Notes: a model not told the origin generated them from the letters alone. Numbered from the stretch's first letter, positions 11,500 to 25,800 are shown. The stretch is DNA of 64,000 nt from Lama guanicoe (GCA_013239625.1 MU053588.1:3562799-3626798); one strand, 5' to 3'. Program-made: numbers and translations.

Positions 11500-13820
11500 C
11501 TTCCCATTCTGGAACAAGATTGCTTCTCTCTTGCCCCCAACCCGCCCCCACTAATACACTCACTTTTCCCTGCTCCTCTCTTTCAAATACAACAAAATAT
11601 CTGGGAATTGTTCAATAGACATCAGAATTCTGATAGCTGGAAAGAAGAAGGCAGACAGGCAGTGAGTTCTTTGGCTTTTCTTTTTTATCGCCCAAATGCC
11701 TGAGAATAGGTGTGGGTGAAGCCTGCAAATTGGAACTGCCAACAGACATAGATAGAAACCCCCCAAAGCCTTGTCTATTTGGCTAAAAGACCGGTAAGGG
11801 GGAAGCCTAACAGAGACCTAGTGGGGAGCCTCAACCTCCTCTCCACAACTGAGGCACCTGCAGGATGGTGATCGATTAGCAGCAGCTGCAGCAAGAAGCT
11901 CTGTTAGACAGTCCCAGACCCCACTTGACAACCAGGTCACTGGCAGTGGTTTGATCCACCTACAAGGGTTTCTCTGCCCTCCTTCTATCAGCATAGGAAA
12001 CTCAGGCTCAACAACTTCTGCTCCCCCACTTCCCCACTGGCCAAAGGTAGCCCACACGCAGCCAAAGAAAACCCCTTCCACCTCTGCAAAGAACAGGCAG
12101 GGATTGAGCGGAAGCTATGGTAGTGCTGGAGACCAAAGTAGACCAGGACAGCAGTGCAAAGGCTCTGTGATTATACCATCATGGGAATGAAAGCCCATGA
12201 AAGTAGGCCAGCATCCATCTACATGCTGAACTGAAACAAGGATACTGTTTGCTAAAACTGAAGATTTAAATACAATCAAGGCTGCTAACACAATTGCAAA
12301 AATGTCCAAGATTCAAAAAAAAAAAAAAACAAAGAAAAAAAACCAAACCAAACCACCAATCATCATACCAAGAAACAGGAAACTCATAGTTTGAGTGAGA
12401 AAAGACAATCAAACGACTCCAATTCCAAGATGAATCAGATGTTGGAATTATCTGACACAGATTTTATAAGGCAATCATCATAAGAAATACTTCAACAATC
12501 AATTATGAATTCCTTTGAAAAAATGGAAAACATCAGAAAAATATGTTATAAAAAGGAACTAAATGGAAATTATAGAACTGAAAAATACAATAACTGATAC
12601 ATCTATATTTCACATATATATACATATAAACTGCATTGGTGGACTCAGTAGTAAAATGGGGATGGTAAAAGATAGAACCAATGAGCCTGAATACAGATCG
12701 ATAGAATCTACTGAAAAATAGAGAGAAAATAGACAGAAAGAAAATGAGCAGAGTCCCAGAGCTCTGTGGGGCAAAAACAAAAGGCTCTTAACTTTGGTAC
12801 CATTTTAGTACCAGAAGCAGAGCAAAAGAAAACATGGACATGGACTGAAAAAGTTTTTTTTTGGGGGGGTAACTAGGTTTACTTATTTATTTATTCCTAG
12901 AGGAGGTACTGGGGATTGAATCCGGGACCCCATGTATGCTAAGCATGTGCTCTACCACTTGAGCTACACCCTCCCCCAAAAAAGTATTTGAAGAAATAAT
13001 GGTTCACGAAACTGAGTGAAACTCAAAATAGGATAAACCTAAATGAAATTCACACTAAGACACATAGCAAACTTCTTTCAAAAATCCAGAGAAATGACCC
13101 ATTTCCTCTTAAGGAACTCGAATTTAAATGACAGTAGATTTTGTATCTGAAAACATGGAGGCCAGAAGGAGTGGTACATTTTTCAGTGTTGAAAAGAAAG
13201 AACTGTCAGCTAAGGATTTTATAGCTGGCAAAATTGTCTTTTGGGAATGAAAGAGAAATCAGGACATTCTCTGATGGAGGAAGACTACGAGAATTTGTTG
13301 CTAGCTGACCTATCCTTAAAGAATAGCCCAGAGAAGGAATGTCCAATTCATCCTGTTCTGTTGCTTAGGCTTAGTGTCATATCTAAAACTTAACCAAGTT
13401 TAAAATAATTTAAATCTCTGGCAATAATAGACCACACTAGAAATCAGTAACAGAAAAACAGCAGGAAAATCTCCAAAACACTTGGAAAGTAAACAACATA
13501 TTTCTAAATAATCTATGGGCCAGAGAGGAAGTCTCAAAGGAAATTTAAAAAATACACAGAATTAATATGAATAAAAAATAAAATTCCCGGGTTTCGGCAC
13601 CAGAAAAAAAAAAAGAAAAAAAAGAAAATAATTAATATGAATTTTAAATAACACCACCATTTGTGGGATGCAACTTATGTAGTGCTGAGAGGGGTATTTA
13701 CACAACAAAATGCTTACATTAGGAAAGAGTAAAGTGCTCAAATCAATCATCTAAGTTTCTACCATAGGAAACTAGACTAATGAGAGCAAAAGGAACCTAA
13801 TTCAAACCAGAAGAAGCACG
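11500..13820 (+). mobile_element. Degenerate L1 (5'UTR/ORF1/ORF2 pieces) with a nested antisense SINE at about 12856-12977
   Basis: A-rich, with L1 ORF1-like stretches (cagatgttggaattatctgac, catggaggccagaagga) and ORF2-like stretches (tttgtgggatgcaac...aatgcttacattagg). SINE consensus on the minus strand. Confidence 0.7.
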
Positions 13821-14959
13821 AGGTGACCCTTACACTAGATACCACAAGGGGACGAACGGGGCCCGAGCCACTGAGAGGGGCAGGGCTGAGTCTGGAGGGT
13901 CAGCATTGGTTTTGTGGGTGGGATGTGATTGGGAATGAGCGAGGGGGGGATGCCTGTGAGGGCCCCAGTCTTCCTCTTCATTCACCTGGCATTGGGGGTG
14001 GGGTGGGTCACAGGCAGATGGAGAAGCCCTCAGGTGTTAGGTTTTACCCGGGAGATTTGTCTTCATGTTCCACTAGACTCTCGGGAAAAATGTTTGCTCT
14101 GCTAGGAAGGACACCAGGTACGGGGCTCAGCCTGGGAGAGTTTTCCAGAGGCTCTTCTCAGCCCTGCTGTCTGGGGAGCTCAGCTGGGGCTCCAGAACAG
14201 GAGGCTGTGCTCAGTGGGTGCTCCAGGCTGGGTGATAGGTATGTTTCTAAGGTCAGGCACCGAGGGTCAGGTGTTAATCATGAAATGGTCCCTCCATGTT
14301 GTAGGTAAGACAGTTGCCTGACACTCAGGGGTGGGGAGATTCCCTGGGAGGCCTGTGCAAGCTCTTGGCTTCCCCAGGGCCACACTCTGGGTGCAGCCTT
14401 CAGTCATGTGGGAAGTTGTAATGGATGTATCAAAAAGTTAATATCCAGACAGGTGCAAAGGGTTCACAATTAATAAATAAGAGTAAGTCAAATTATCCCT
14501 TTAAACATTCTGCCTCACTGTGTTTTTCTCATAGAAAGAAGAAGAGAAGAGAAATGGTGGGGGTGGGGAGCATGTCCAGCCATCCCTTCTCCTTGTGTCC
14601 TCCTTGCTCAAGCCCCTGGGATGAGCACAGCAGAGACACTCTCCTTGGTGCTGACGAACGCGAACTACCCAAGGGCTTGGCTGTTGTGATCTTTGATTTG
14701 CATCTGCTTTCTTTTCATTACTAAAAAATGAGCATCACTAGAAAAGAAGAGGTGAAGAGAGCTGCAGGGAGTGTGGACTGGCCTCATCTCCTTTTTGGGG
14801 GGCAGTGAGGGTGCTGTAGACTTCATGGAAGGATGTGACACCTTCCATGAAGGATGACCAAGTCCAGGCTGCCCATGAGCAGTTTGTAGTGAGAAAAGAT
14901 GATGACCATGGCCTTGGGAGATGGGGTAGACAGAAGAAAGCTCCGTCAAGGGTGTCCAC

Positions 14960-15360
14960 GTTCATTCCCAGAATGTAAGAATATGCCCCATGATAAAATG
15001 AACCTATAGATTAAATTAAGGATCATGTGATTGGGAGATTATAGTGGATATCTGGCTAGACCCAATATAATCACTTTATAAATGAAAGAGGGAGATAGGA
15101 GAGGCAGAACCAGAGAAGGAGATGTGATGATGGAAGCAGAGCACCAAGAGACTTCAAGATGCTTTGCTGCTGGCACTTTAAATGTGGAGAAAGGGGCCAC
15201 AAGCCAAGGAAAGCAGGTAGCTTCTAACAGCTTGAATGGCAAGGAAACAAAAGTCTAGCCTGGAGCCTCCAGAAAGAACAGAGCCATACTGACACCCTGA
15301 TTCATGTGAGTTATGCCACTAATGTTGTGATAATTTGTTACAGCAGCAATAAGGAACCAC
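14960..15360 (+). mobile_element. MaLR (MLT1-type) LTR
   Basis: ggagatgtgatgatggaagcagag, gggccacaagccaaggaaagcagg, gagcctccagaaagaaca, aatttgttacagcagcaata. Confidence 0.7.
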
Positions 15361-16836
15361 AAGAGGTGTCACTTTGTCTAATCCAAGATTGTGTGCATGT
15401 GGAGTCAGGAGTAATTTAGATCTAAATCATGATGCGAAACTTTGCAGGTTTTTCCCTTTCCTCTCATCTTACGAAAAATGATACTTGGGCATTGAGAGAA
15501 CATTCTTGCGAACTGTGGGTTCTGCACCTTAGTGGGAAGACTTACTTTATTTGTGCAACTGTGGGCACCTGATCCAAGTGAACCTTGATCCAAGTGAACA
15601 GCACCTATCCCAGGGCCCTCAGGGAAGGACTGAGAACTGCTGACCCAGGTGTGTGGTGGGGGCTGCAGGTAAGGCATGGGTGGAGAGGGCCTGTGGGACA
15701 CTTCAAGGAAGAGACAGTTTGCCCCGTTGCCATTGGAGCCAGGGTGAGCTTAGGTAGAAGGAGCCCCGCACTAAGTCGTGGGCTCACGTGTGGGGAGAAG
15801 GCTCAATTCACTAAGATCCACATCAGAGAGCAAATTGGAAACCCATGGGAAGTAGATGGTAGAGGCCACGGGAAGTGCCTGGAGGGTCTTGCTCAGGGTA
15901 TGAATTCTGGGTCCCACCCACCTTGGTTACTTTGATACCTTCTGTATTCCCCCAGAGGGTACGATGTCCTGAGGGTTGGCCTAGGGACACAACAGAAGCC
16001 CATGGACAGAGTAGGCATCTTAGATCTTGGATTTGGGGACAGGCAAGTTCATCTGATGCAGCCACCAGTCAGGGCCACCAGGGCGTGGTGAGGAGGGCCA
16101 ATGTGTTCAGGTCACCAAGGGGCTGCAAAGGGGCCTCACCAATCATATCTGCCCAGCCCATGGCTGCTCCTTCCTGGCTTCTGTTCTAGTGGCCCTCAGA
16201 TGGCTCCACATTCTGTGTTCCAGAGACTCAATGAGCATTTGCCAATGAGCAAACACTGGGAGGTGTTCATGACCCCAGGCCAGTGTGAGGACAGCTGAGA
16301 GCCCTCCTGGCTGGGCAGGGGCTCTTGGGATCCTCCCTGTCCTGTTAACATGGTCCCACCTCATCTCTACACACTCACCCCAACCTCTTTTCCAGGGAAT
16401 AGATAGGGATGTGTGGTAATTTAGAGCTAATACTTTCGCTGTGGGACCCAGGAGAGGATGGAACACAGTTTCAGGTGAATTTCTGCCCAGACAAGATCCC
16501 ATGTGCAGGAAAATGGCAAATGAGAAGGAGATCTTTATTCAGATCTCTCAGGGGGCCCCTGTGGTCGCAGGCCACTAACTTCTCACTAACTTCTCACTAA
16601 CACTAACTTCCTCACTAACCTGGGAAGCACCCACTTTTGGGGGGGATGGGAGTATGAGACCTGGTCCATCCAGGGCTCAGGGCAGCCTGTTGGGTCTCCA
16701 AATTCCAGGAGGGACCCTGACCCTGGGCCCAGGTTCCCGAATATCCTCCAGGCTCAGAGCTGGTTATCTGGCTTAGGCTCTACCTCCTGATCCTACCTGG
16801 AGTCTGGGGTCTCAGCAGGGTCCCTCCCTGCCACCC

Positions 16837-19800
16837 CTAAGAAGCATTTCTAGGAAGAAATGAGGAAGCCACATCTGCTTTGTGATTGAGCCCACAGTAA
16901 ATGTCTCTGTCGGAGTGTAGTAGTTCCTGTAAAAGAAAGAAGAGGCTTCTGAGCTCATGCAACCTTCTCAGAACATGACCTAGGAGCTCCCAGGCCCTGG
17001 GCCCCCAGGGCTGCTCTGCCGGGGGCCTAGTTGTGTCGGAGGCTCTCTGGCCCCAGACCCCTCTCTCCTCTTCATCCCCTTTCCATTTCTGCTGCTGTTT
17101 CCTGGACCTCCAAACACAACCAGGGGGCATTTCCTTGGGCCCCTTGGGTCCATGGGACCAGAACATTCATCCCCACACTCACCTGGTAGATGGGAACAGC
17201 TGGCTTGGGGTCAGATTGGGAAGCCTGGGCAAGGGAGAGAGCGGGACAGGGAAGGAGAGTCATTTCTCCTCAGGAGTGACCAGCTCTGCCTCCCGAGGAG
17301 CTGTCTCCAAGCCTGAAGCCCCCACCACCAGCCCCACCTGGGCTGTATCCCCCGTCCTTATCCTGGGACCCCTGCCAGAGGATCCCCATGCCCACTGTGC
17401 TTCTAGCTGGACTCCAGAGTTCTCCTGAGGCCAACAGGGGACCAGTGCAACCTCAGGACAGGGTGGTGGGTGGTTCTGTCCCTGAAGTGGGCCCAGGTCC
17501 TGGCCAGGGTGGGTTTGTCTTGTCCTGGCTACTCCAGGGTGAGGGGTATCTGTGCTGTGCTGCAGGGTTGGACAGTCGTCCTGCCCTCAGTCTGTGCAGC
17601 TGGGACCCTGGGGTGAAAAGACACGGAAGGGATGTTCTTACCAGAGAGACAGAGCTGCCAGAGGGACCATGTCCTGGGAACAGAGACAGGAGTTAGCACC
17701 CAGGGGTGAGGAAACTTAGACCCACCCAGCCAGCAGAGGCTGGGGGTCCAGCTCACAGAAAACCAGGAGAGAAAGAGCACCACCCAGGGAGAGACCCTCT
17801 GCAACTTTAGGGTCCAGTGAGGGCAAGGAGATGACCCATGACTCAGAAGGCATAGGGCAGGCTGAATAGCCAATCAGGGTGCCCCGCGCTGAAGCCCCAG
17901 GGGAAGGGTCAGAGGCCCTGGGGGTGACTGGCAGCGGTGGACACCATGGGGCAGGACCGGCCACTCCCAGGGTGAACAGATACTCACCAGGGGTGGACGC
18001 TGGGGGGCAGCGCACTCTGTTGTTCTGCAGGCAACTATGGCTAGGAAAGATCAGGCTTCTTTGTGAGCAGTGCAGGGAGAGGGCACAGCTCTGGGGTCAG
18101 AACATGGGACAAGGAAGGTCCATTTTCCAAGCAGGGAGTGGGGGAACCTCCTTTCTCCACCAGTGCTGCTTAGGAGAGGAGGGCCCAAAAGAGGGGAACT
18201 GAGGCAAATCCGTAAGAAGCCACACCTGTCCTGGTCCCAGAGGGGAAGGACCCACAGGCCAAAGCAGGTCCAGGAGAAAGTGGCCAGAGAAGGGACAAAG
18301 GATCAAATAAGGAATCAGACCAAAGGCTTTGACTAAGTGGGAGGGTAAGGCCCGCAAAGGAGAGCAGGGCCAAGTGGGGAGCTAGTGCCTCTTGGATCTC
18401 TCTGAGTGCAGTGCCACTGCTCTGACCACCTTCCTTCAGACCAGGGGATGCTAAAATGTGGCCATGGCCTTGACCTCCACCTCTGTCTGCCTGGGAATGA
18501 GGCGTAAAGGACATCCCACGATCTGCTGTCCTGGCACTTTTTTCTATCTCACATGTCAGGGGCTATGGTTAACACATCTGCCACGTGGGGACATTTGACA
18601 CCCCCCCCCGCCCCAGTCTGTCCAGGCTCCACTCCCTGCTGTGTGACCTTGGCCAGGATGACCCTCAAGTCTTGATGCTGTGAATCCCTTTCATCAGGGT
18701 GATTGTATTTAATTAAACAGCAAGAGGTCCCGTTTACTGAGTATTCACTCTCTGCCACACAGCTGCACGTCTGCTCCAGGACAACACTGAGCAGGCGGGG
18801 CCTTCACTGAGCCTAATTTATAGATGAGGAAGGTGTTGAGAAGACGTCCCAGGTCAGCATCTGGTGGGGAGGAGTGAGTGGATGACAGGGAATATCCATA
18901 GGGAAGTTAGGAGGCCGTGGAGAGTAAGGCTCAGAATCTGAGGACTGGGTGTCCTTCCTCCTCAACTAGGGTCAGAGTGGGGGACAGAAGTGGCATCTGG
19001 GAAATGCCATTGTACCTTTTAATCCTTGCAAGGAAATAGAAACATCCCAGGGCAGCCACCAGTACCACTGCAACCAGGATCCCAACCACGATGCTGACAA
19101 TGGCCCCCGTGCTGAGAGCTGGTGTGATTTCTTGCCCTAAAAGGAGGAGAGAGAGAGAGTGAGGGGAAGTGGAGGCCTGAATCCATTGGAGGGAAAACCA
19201 AGAGAAACCTTCTGGGGGAGAGGGCCCAGTAAGGGAGGAAGGAAATGCAACCGAGGTCTGTGTGCAGCGTGTGTGTTTTGTCATCACAATTTCTTCCCGA
19301 CTTTCTCACCGCAGGGCATTGCATCATTTTCTCTTCCTCACACTTGAAATCTTGGACTTGATCTATCTCTTCGTTCTCCCACATGAAGTGAGTTCTATGT
19401 CTTGTTCAGTTTCCGTTTAAAGTCTCTTCTTCTCTCACATCATGTCCCTTCTGTCTGTATCTTCTTTTCCATCACTCTCGATGATCTTAGAGAGCAAGCC
19501 CTTACCAGTCCTCTCAATGCTTATCAGTAACAATAATATTAGCTGACAGTTACCAGGTGCCTTCTGTGTGCCAAGCACATTCATCTGCTCTGATCCTTCC
19601 ACCCCCGTGAAGGAGCGGGATCATCCCTGGTGTGCACACATAGACCCACAGTGCTTAAATCAACCAATGTAGGTCATAGAACTGGGAAGTGATAAAAAAA
19701 TTTTAATCAAGTTCTGCTTGACTTTACAGCTAATAACAACAATGTTAAGAAACAAAATAATACTCGTTGAAAACATTACTTGACTTGAGCCTACAGGCTG

Positions 19801-22800
19801 TTGGGTGGGGCCAGGTCTTGGTGCCAATGACCCAGGCAAGATGTCAGCCTTCAGGAAAGTTCATGCGGCTGAATTCTCCCCGGACTTCTGCCACCAGCTT
19901 TTATGTCCCCTGGGCTCTCCCACTAGTAAAAGCAGCCAAATGATCACCTTTACCTTTGCTAGTGGAGGCGTGGCCACCATTTGGACCAGTGAGACAGAGC
20001 CCAAAATCATATTATTTGGAACTGTGTGGTCCCCCAGAAATAGTGATCCCAAGGGGCTGAAGAAAGAACTAAATGAATTAGTCAGTGCTATTGAAGAACG
20101 TTTTTTCCGGCCACAGAAGTATAACCTGCAGCCAAAAGAAGAGTCAAATATCCCAGCCTCGGACATAATTACATTTACTTACAATTAAGCTGAACCTGAT
20201 TTCTGTTTTTATTAAAGTTATTTACTTATTTTAGTGGAGGCGCTAGGGATTGAACCCAGAACCTCCTGCATGCTAAGCATGTGCTCTACCACTGAGCTAT
20301 AACCACTCCCATGAACTTGATTTCTTAAGCAATAGTTTTGAGGGCCAAATAATTTAAACTATTGCTTAGAGTATTTATATTTTTAAATAGGCTTACATTC
20401 TTCCTTGTTTTATGTTTGAACTTTAAGGTAACTAATGAAAGATGGCCAAATCTAAACAAACAAACAAAAACCCAACAACCCCAAAACCACAAACAAAAAA
20501 AAAGAAAACATTACTTGAGCCCTGACTGTGTAGGACCCTGTCTAGGCTTTAATCTCATTAACTTCCTAGAAATTTCCTTACAATAGCTCTAAGATCCAGC
20601 TGTTCTATTCTGGTTTTACAGATGAGAAAACTGAGGCTCAGGAGGTTGAGTGTCTTGCCCATAGTCAAACAGTTGGTACAAAGAATAACCAAACAATGAC
20701 AGCATTATCCAGGTTTCCCATGCTCAATTAAGCACGTTCTAGAGGCTCTAAATGGAGACTACCCACGTTTTCATTACTTGCATTTATTACACATCCACTT
20801 CCAGTGAAATTACGAGAGAAGCAGTAAAGATGGTGAAGTCACTCACAGCACTCAGCTGGCAGATGGGGTCATAACTGCAGACATTGACCTGGGGGAGACT
20901 TCACACTGGTAAGACCCTGAATCCTCCCTCCTAATACTGCTGATGGTCTCGGGACAGCTTCATCCTCTCAGAGAACCATAAACTCCTGGTCACTGATTGA
21001 TCAAGCACTGTATCACTGGGCCAGTTTGGGTCCAGGCTGGAGGGCTCTCAGGGGAGTTCTGAGGGGAAGGGCTTGACTACTGAAGAGGGTGATCTCTGTC
21101 TGGTTCCTGGTCATGTAGAAGGGGAAGAGTGTATGTCAGCCTTGTGGACAAGGCCAGTCCCTTGATTGATGCCATCTGACAGCTCCTTGAGATAAGCCAT
21201 CACCTTCCTCCCCAGTGTCCACAACTGCTTTCCTCTCTGTCCTGTTTTCCTACTCCAAATGTACTTGTCTGAGATTGACTCAGATCATGTTAAAATCAAT
21301 GCCCATGTCTAAAACATGTCCTTAAGGTGGGAGGATGGCTATCCCCATATTGGGCCTGTCTGAGGAGAACCTCCTTCTCTAGAAGGAAATGTTCTTACTC
21401 TTTGTTAAATGATTTACTCAGGATTGAGGAAAACCTGGAGCTGAAGTGTCAGAATTGAAATTAATAGTTTACCTGATGGGTTCAACTGCACATTTGAGCA
21501 GATAGAAGAAAGGCTCATTGAATATGAAGATAGGAAAAATGAAATTATCCAGACTGGGGAGTAGAAGGTGAAAAAAATGAAGAAAAGTGAACCTAGCCAT
21601 AGGAATATGCAGAACTCCATCAAGTGGACAAACATGCCAATAATGCATTCAAACATTCAAGTTTTCAAAATTGAAAACTATGAATCAACACATCAAAGAA
21701 TGTTAAAGAATGCTAAGAAGAATAACTTAAAGATGTACACAATGTGACACATTATAATCAAAATGTGAAAGGCCAAGGAAAGAAGGAGATGATTAAAGCA
21801 GCAAGAGAGAAATGATTTATCATGTACAATGGATCTTCAGTAAGACTAAAAGCCAATTTCTCATCAGAGACCATAGAGGCCAGAAGGCACAGAGATGACG
21901 TACTTAAAATCCTAAAAGAAAGACTGTCAGCCAGGAAAGCTATATACAGAAAAACTCCCCTTCAAGAATGAAGGACTAATATAAGACATTTCCAGATAAA
22001 CAATAGGCAAAGGAGTCTGTTACTCAGATATGTGCCATATATGAAATGTAAAAGGAATCCTTTAAGCTGATATGAAAGGACATTAAGCAGTAACTCAAAG
22101 CCATGGGAAGAAATAAAGAACACTGGTAAAGCAATTCCATAGGTAAATATATTATTTAAGCCATTATTATTGCCTCTTCCTTGTAATTGTTCTTTTTCTT
22201 TTTTATTTCAAAGGCATTTCATAAGCAACATTTATAAATCTATGGTAATGGGCACATAATGTATAAGGATGAATGAAACTTATGATCCCTAACTGTCTGA
22301 AATGGGAGGAATGCAGATGTAATATATAGTGTTTGTATATTACAGAATCTCATTTGGTATTATTTCAACTAGGTAGTTAAGCATTTCAGATGCTAATTGT
22401 CAGCTCCAAGTCACCACCAAGAAAAAAAACTAGAATAAATATGGGAAAGGAAAGAAGGGAATCAAAATGGCAAATAACAAAAACAAATCAGCTAAATAGC
22501 AGAAAAGTAAGTAATGGAAGAACTGAGGAATAAAAAGCACATAGGACATACAGATAACAAATAGCTAAATGGCAGAAATTACTCCTTATCAGTAAGTATT
22601 TGAATTGTAAATGGATTGAATCTTCAAATTAAAGGTAAAGATTGACAGAATGGATAAAAATTATGACCCATCCCTATGCTTTCTTTAAGATACTCATTTT
22701 AGGTACAAAGACACAGAAGATGGAAGTAAGAATGGAAAAAAATATTCCACACAACAAAAGGAGAGCTAGGGTGGCTATATGCATATCTGATAAAATTATA

Positions 22801-25800
22801 TCTAAGTCAAAAAAGATGATCAGAGACAAAGTAGGGCCTTCTATATCAAGAAAAGTTTCTATTCATCAAGGAAATATAACAATTATAAGAATATATGCAC
22901 CTAACAACAGAGCACCAAAGCTGTGAAACAAAAATTGACAGAATTGAAGGGAGAAATAGACAGCTCTATCATAAGAGTGAGACTTCAACACCCTATTTGG
23001 ATACAATAGCAAGACATAATTTGAATACAGGAAATAGAAGATGTGAAAACACCATAAACCAATGAGATCTAACAGATGGATACAGAACACACCATCCTGA
23101 GAACTGATCTTGTGCAGGGCATAGTACTCAGTGTTCTCACTTCTCATTGCAAACAACCACCGCCTATCCCTGTGAGGAAGTGGTGTCACTTCCCCTGCAG
23201 ATGGTGGTGATGGTGCAAGTGAGGAAGACAAGTGGTGGGACCTGGAGTTGAATGTGACAGTAAGACAATAATAATGACAAAGCCAAGTAACATACTGAAT
23301 ACTTATTGCCTGAATACATGTCTGCTACATGCTTTCCACCTTCACTTGACTGTCTCTTCACAACAATTCTATAAAGCGCATCATAAACACTATTGCACAC
23401 ATAAGAAAAAGGAGATTTATTTACTTATTTTTGTGGAAGGGGAGATAATTAGGTCTACTTAATTATTTATAGAGGTGGTACCAGAGATTGAACCCAGGAC
23501 CTCATGTATGCTAAGCATACGCTCTACCACTTGAGCTATACCCTCCCCCTAGAAAAAGGAGATTTAGACTTTAATAACTTATAGGAGGTGATGAGGGTCA
23601 CTCACAGGTCACATTCAGTCTGAAGGAGTCACTCTTGCTGGAATAGGCCAGGTTGGAGACCTGGCACTGATAATTCCCGGCATCCTCCCTCCTGACAGGG
23701 TGTATGGTGAGGGTGCTGCTGCCCTGGGACAGCTTCATCCTCTCTGTGAGCAATAGACTCTGGCCATCGAAGAGCCAGGAGATGGAGATCCCAGTGTCAT
23801 TTGTAAGACAGGTCAGGAACACGGTATCCCCATGTTCTGTGACAGTGGTGTTGCTAGCTTGGATGGAGGGCTGTCCCACTGGGCTTGTGAATAAACAGAG
23901 GAGGTGACTGGCTGAGAGAGGATTTGTGGCCTGGGGCTGAGCTTCTTCCCCAGAGATCTCAGCCACTCCTGGGATCCAGTCAATTCTGTAAAGGTGACCC
24001 AAAGGATGGCCTGAACCTGTGAAGAAGGTCCTGAGTCTTCATTCAGGTGACAATCTGAAAGATGATTACGCATCCCCTCTGACCTCCAGATCACCTCAGG
24101 GTGACCCTTGCCTGGTCCCCCTAGACGTCTCTGTACTATCAGCACCAGGAACCCCTTTTCAGCCCACGTGCCCAGGAACCTCATCATCAGGTAGAAATTT
24201 TCCCTCACGCCTCCATGTGACCCTTTCCTAAGGTCTTCTGTGACTTCATAATGCCAGCCTCTCTCATCTAGTGTATATACACATCTGTGTATGTCAGGGA
24301 GGCAGGCGCTCCACGTATTGGGCCAGAACAGCTTTACATTATTAGGGAAGGTGTTCCTTTTTGCGAAGTAACTTAGTAGAAAATGAAGATGGTCCAGTAA
24401 GTTTTCATGACCTTAGGACCTGGAGAATTTTCAACTAAATGATTTCTTAATCTGAAGAAATCTCTTATTCCAGGTCTGTGGATTGAATATCACAGTGAAA
24501 GATGTCTCTAGAGAGCAGTGGTTATGGTTTTAACAAAAGACTGTACACTTAATCCTCCTATAAATTATACTTCTTGGCCACTGTCCTGTGGGACACAGCT
24601 TGGTACATAACTAATTTCAGGGTACTTTTAGAAAATCAGAGAGATCTCCACCCAAGGTCAGTCCGAGTAGTCCAGGGACCACTTGCCAGAGACTGACTTT
24701 TCATAAGTGGTGCTATCCAGGCCAGTCACAGAATATAGGATTTGCTATTATGTGGCATGACGCGGGGGTACAGAGCTCCTGTGTGGATTTCTGGGGTCTC
24801 CCTTTGATAAAGCAAGATCATGAGTGGCTGGGATAGAAGCTTGTGGCAGGAGAGGCTGAGGTTTGCCTCTGGATGTTAATAGGAGTCTGAGGGGGAAATG
24901 ACAGGGTATCCCCGCCACTTGCAGCAAAGAGCATAAAACCATGGGTGATGCAATCAGAGGGAAGGGAAGGATCCTGGTTTGTGTTAGGGCCAAAGTGTCC
25001 CTCTGAGCTGGGTCACAACCTTGTCTTAAAAAGTCCCAACCAGACCCCTCATGTTCACTCATCCTGAGTCTGAGACATTAACCTGATTCTCCCATCACAG
25101 GATGGTGATCCTGAGCCTCTCAAGACAGGAGCAGCTGTTCCCTCCCAGTCTTGGCTCAAGGCTAGGCCTGCCAGATTTGCCTGGGCCAGGAAGTCATGGC
25201 CAGCCTGGTATCCACGGGTGACGGTCCATGTACTTGGACCTGAGAGGAGTGGGTGTGGCCTGGCCTCTGGCTGTGTAGATTCGGGCAGGCTACCTGGGCC
25301 ACATAGGAACAGAGATTACTCACAGAGGACGTTCAGGGTGAATGGGTCACTGTGGCCGGCACTCACTGGGTTCTGGGTTTCACACACATAAGGTCCAGTG
25401 TCATTCCTTGTGACATGGAGTAAAGTGAGAGTCCTGTTGTCCTTGGACAGTTCCAGCCTGGCGCTGTCAGGGAGGCTCTGATTGTTGATCCACCACGTGT
25501 AGGTGGTGTTCTGAGTCTCAGGTTCACATGTTAACACTACCGTGTCCTCGTGCTCCACGGGGCTGAGGTTGTTGCTGGTGACGACAGGTGTGGGTAACTT
25601 CGCTGTGAAGATAACAGAGAAAACATTGCCTCTTTTATACTTTTGATTCCTCCAAAAGCATCTTCAATCAGAGTCATCATCTCTTAACGTCTAAGCCAAA
25701 CTGAGTCCGTAAAGAATAAGGCAGGTCTGTGTATCACAAGACAAATGCATGAAACTCTGAGCTCACTGGCCACCTGCTCTATGTCCGGGAGGAAGCACAG

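Noticed and set aside
13820..16500. Possible CEACAM1-type ITIM exons or a further gene between LYPD4 and CEACAM
   Set aside because: No ITIM-coding exon or coherent exon chain could be found by eye.
16573..16620. Short cactaacttct repeats (also aatttattgtt x3 at about 27630-27670) as CRISPR-like arrays
   Set aside because: Simple slippage repeats without spacers, in mammalian DNA.
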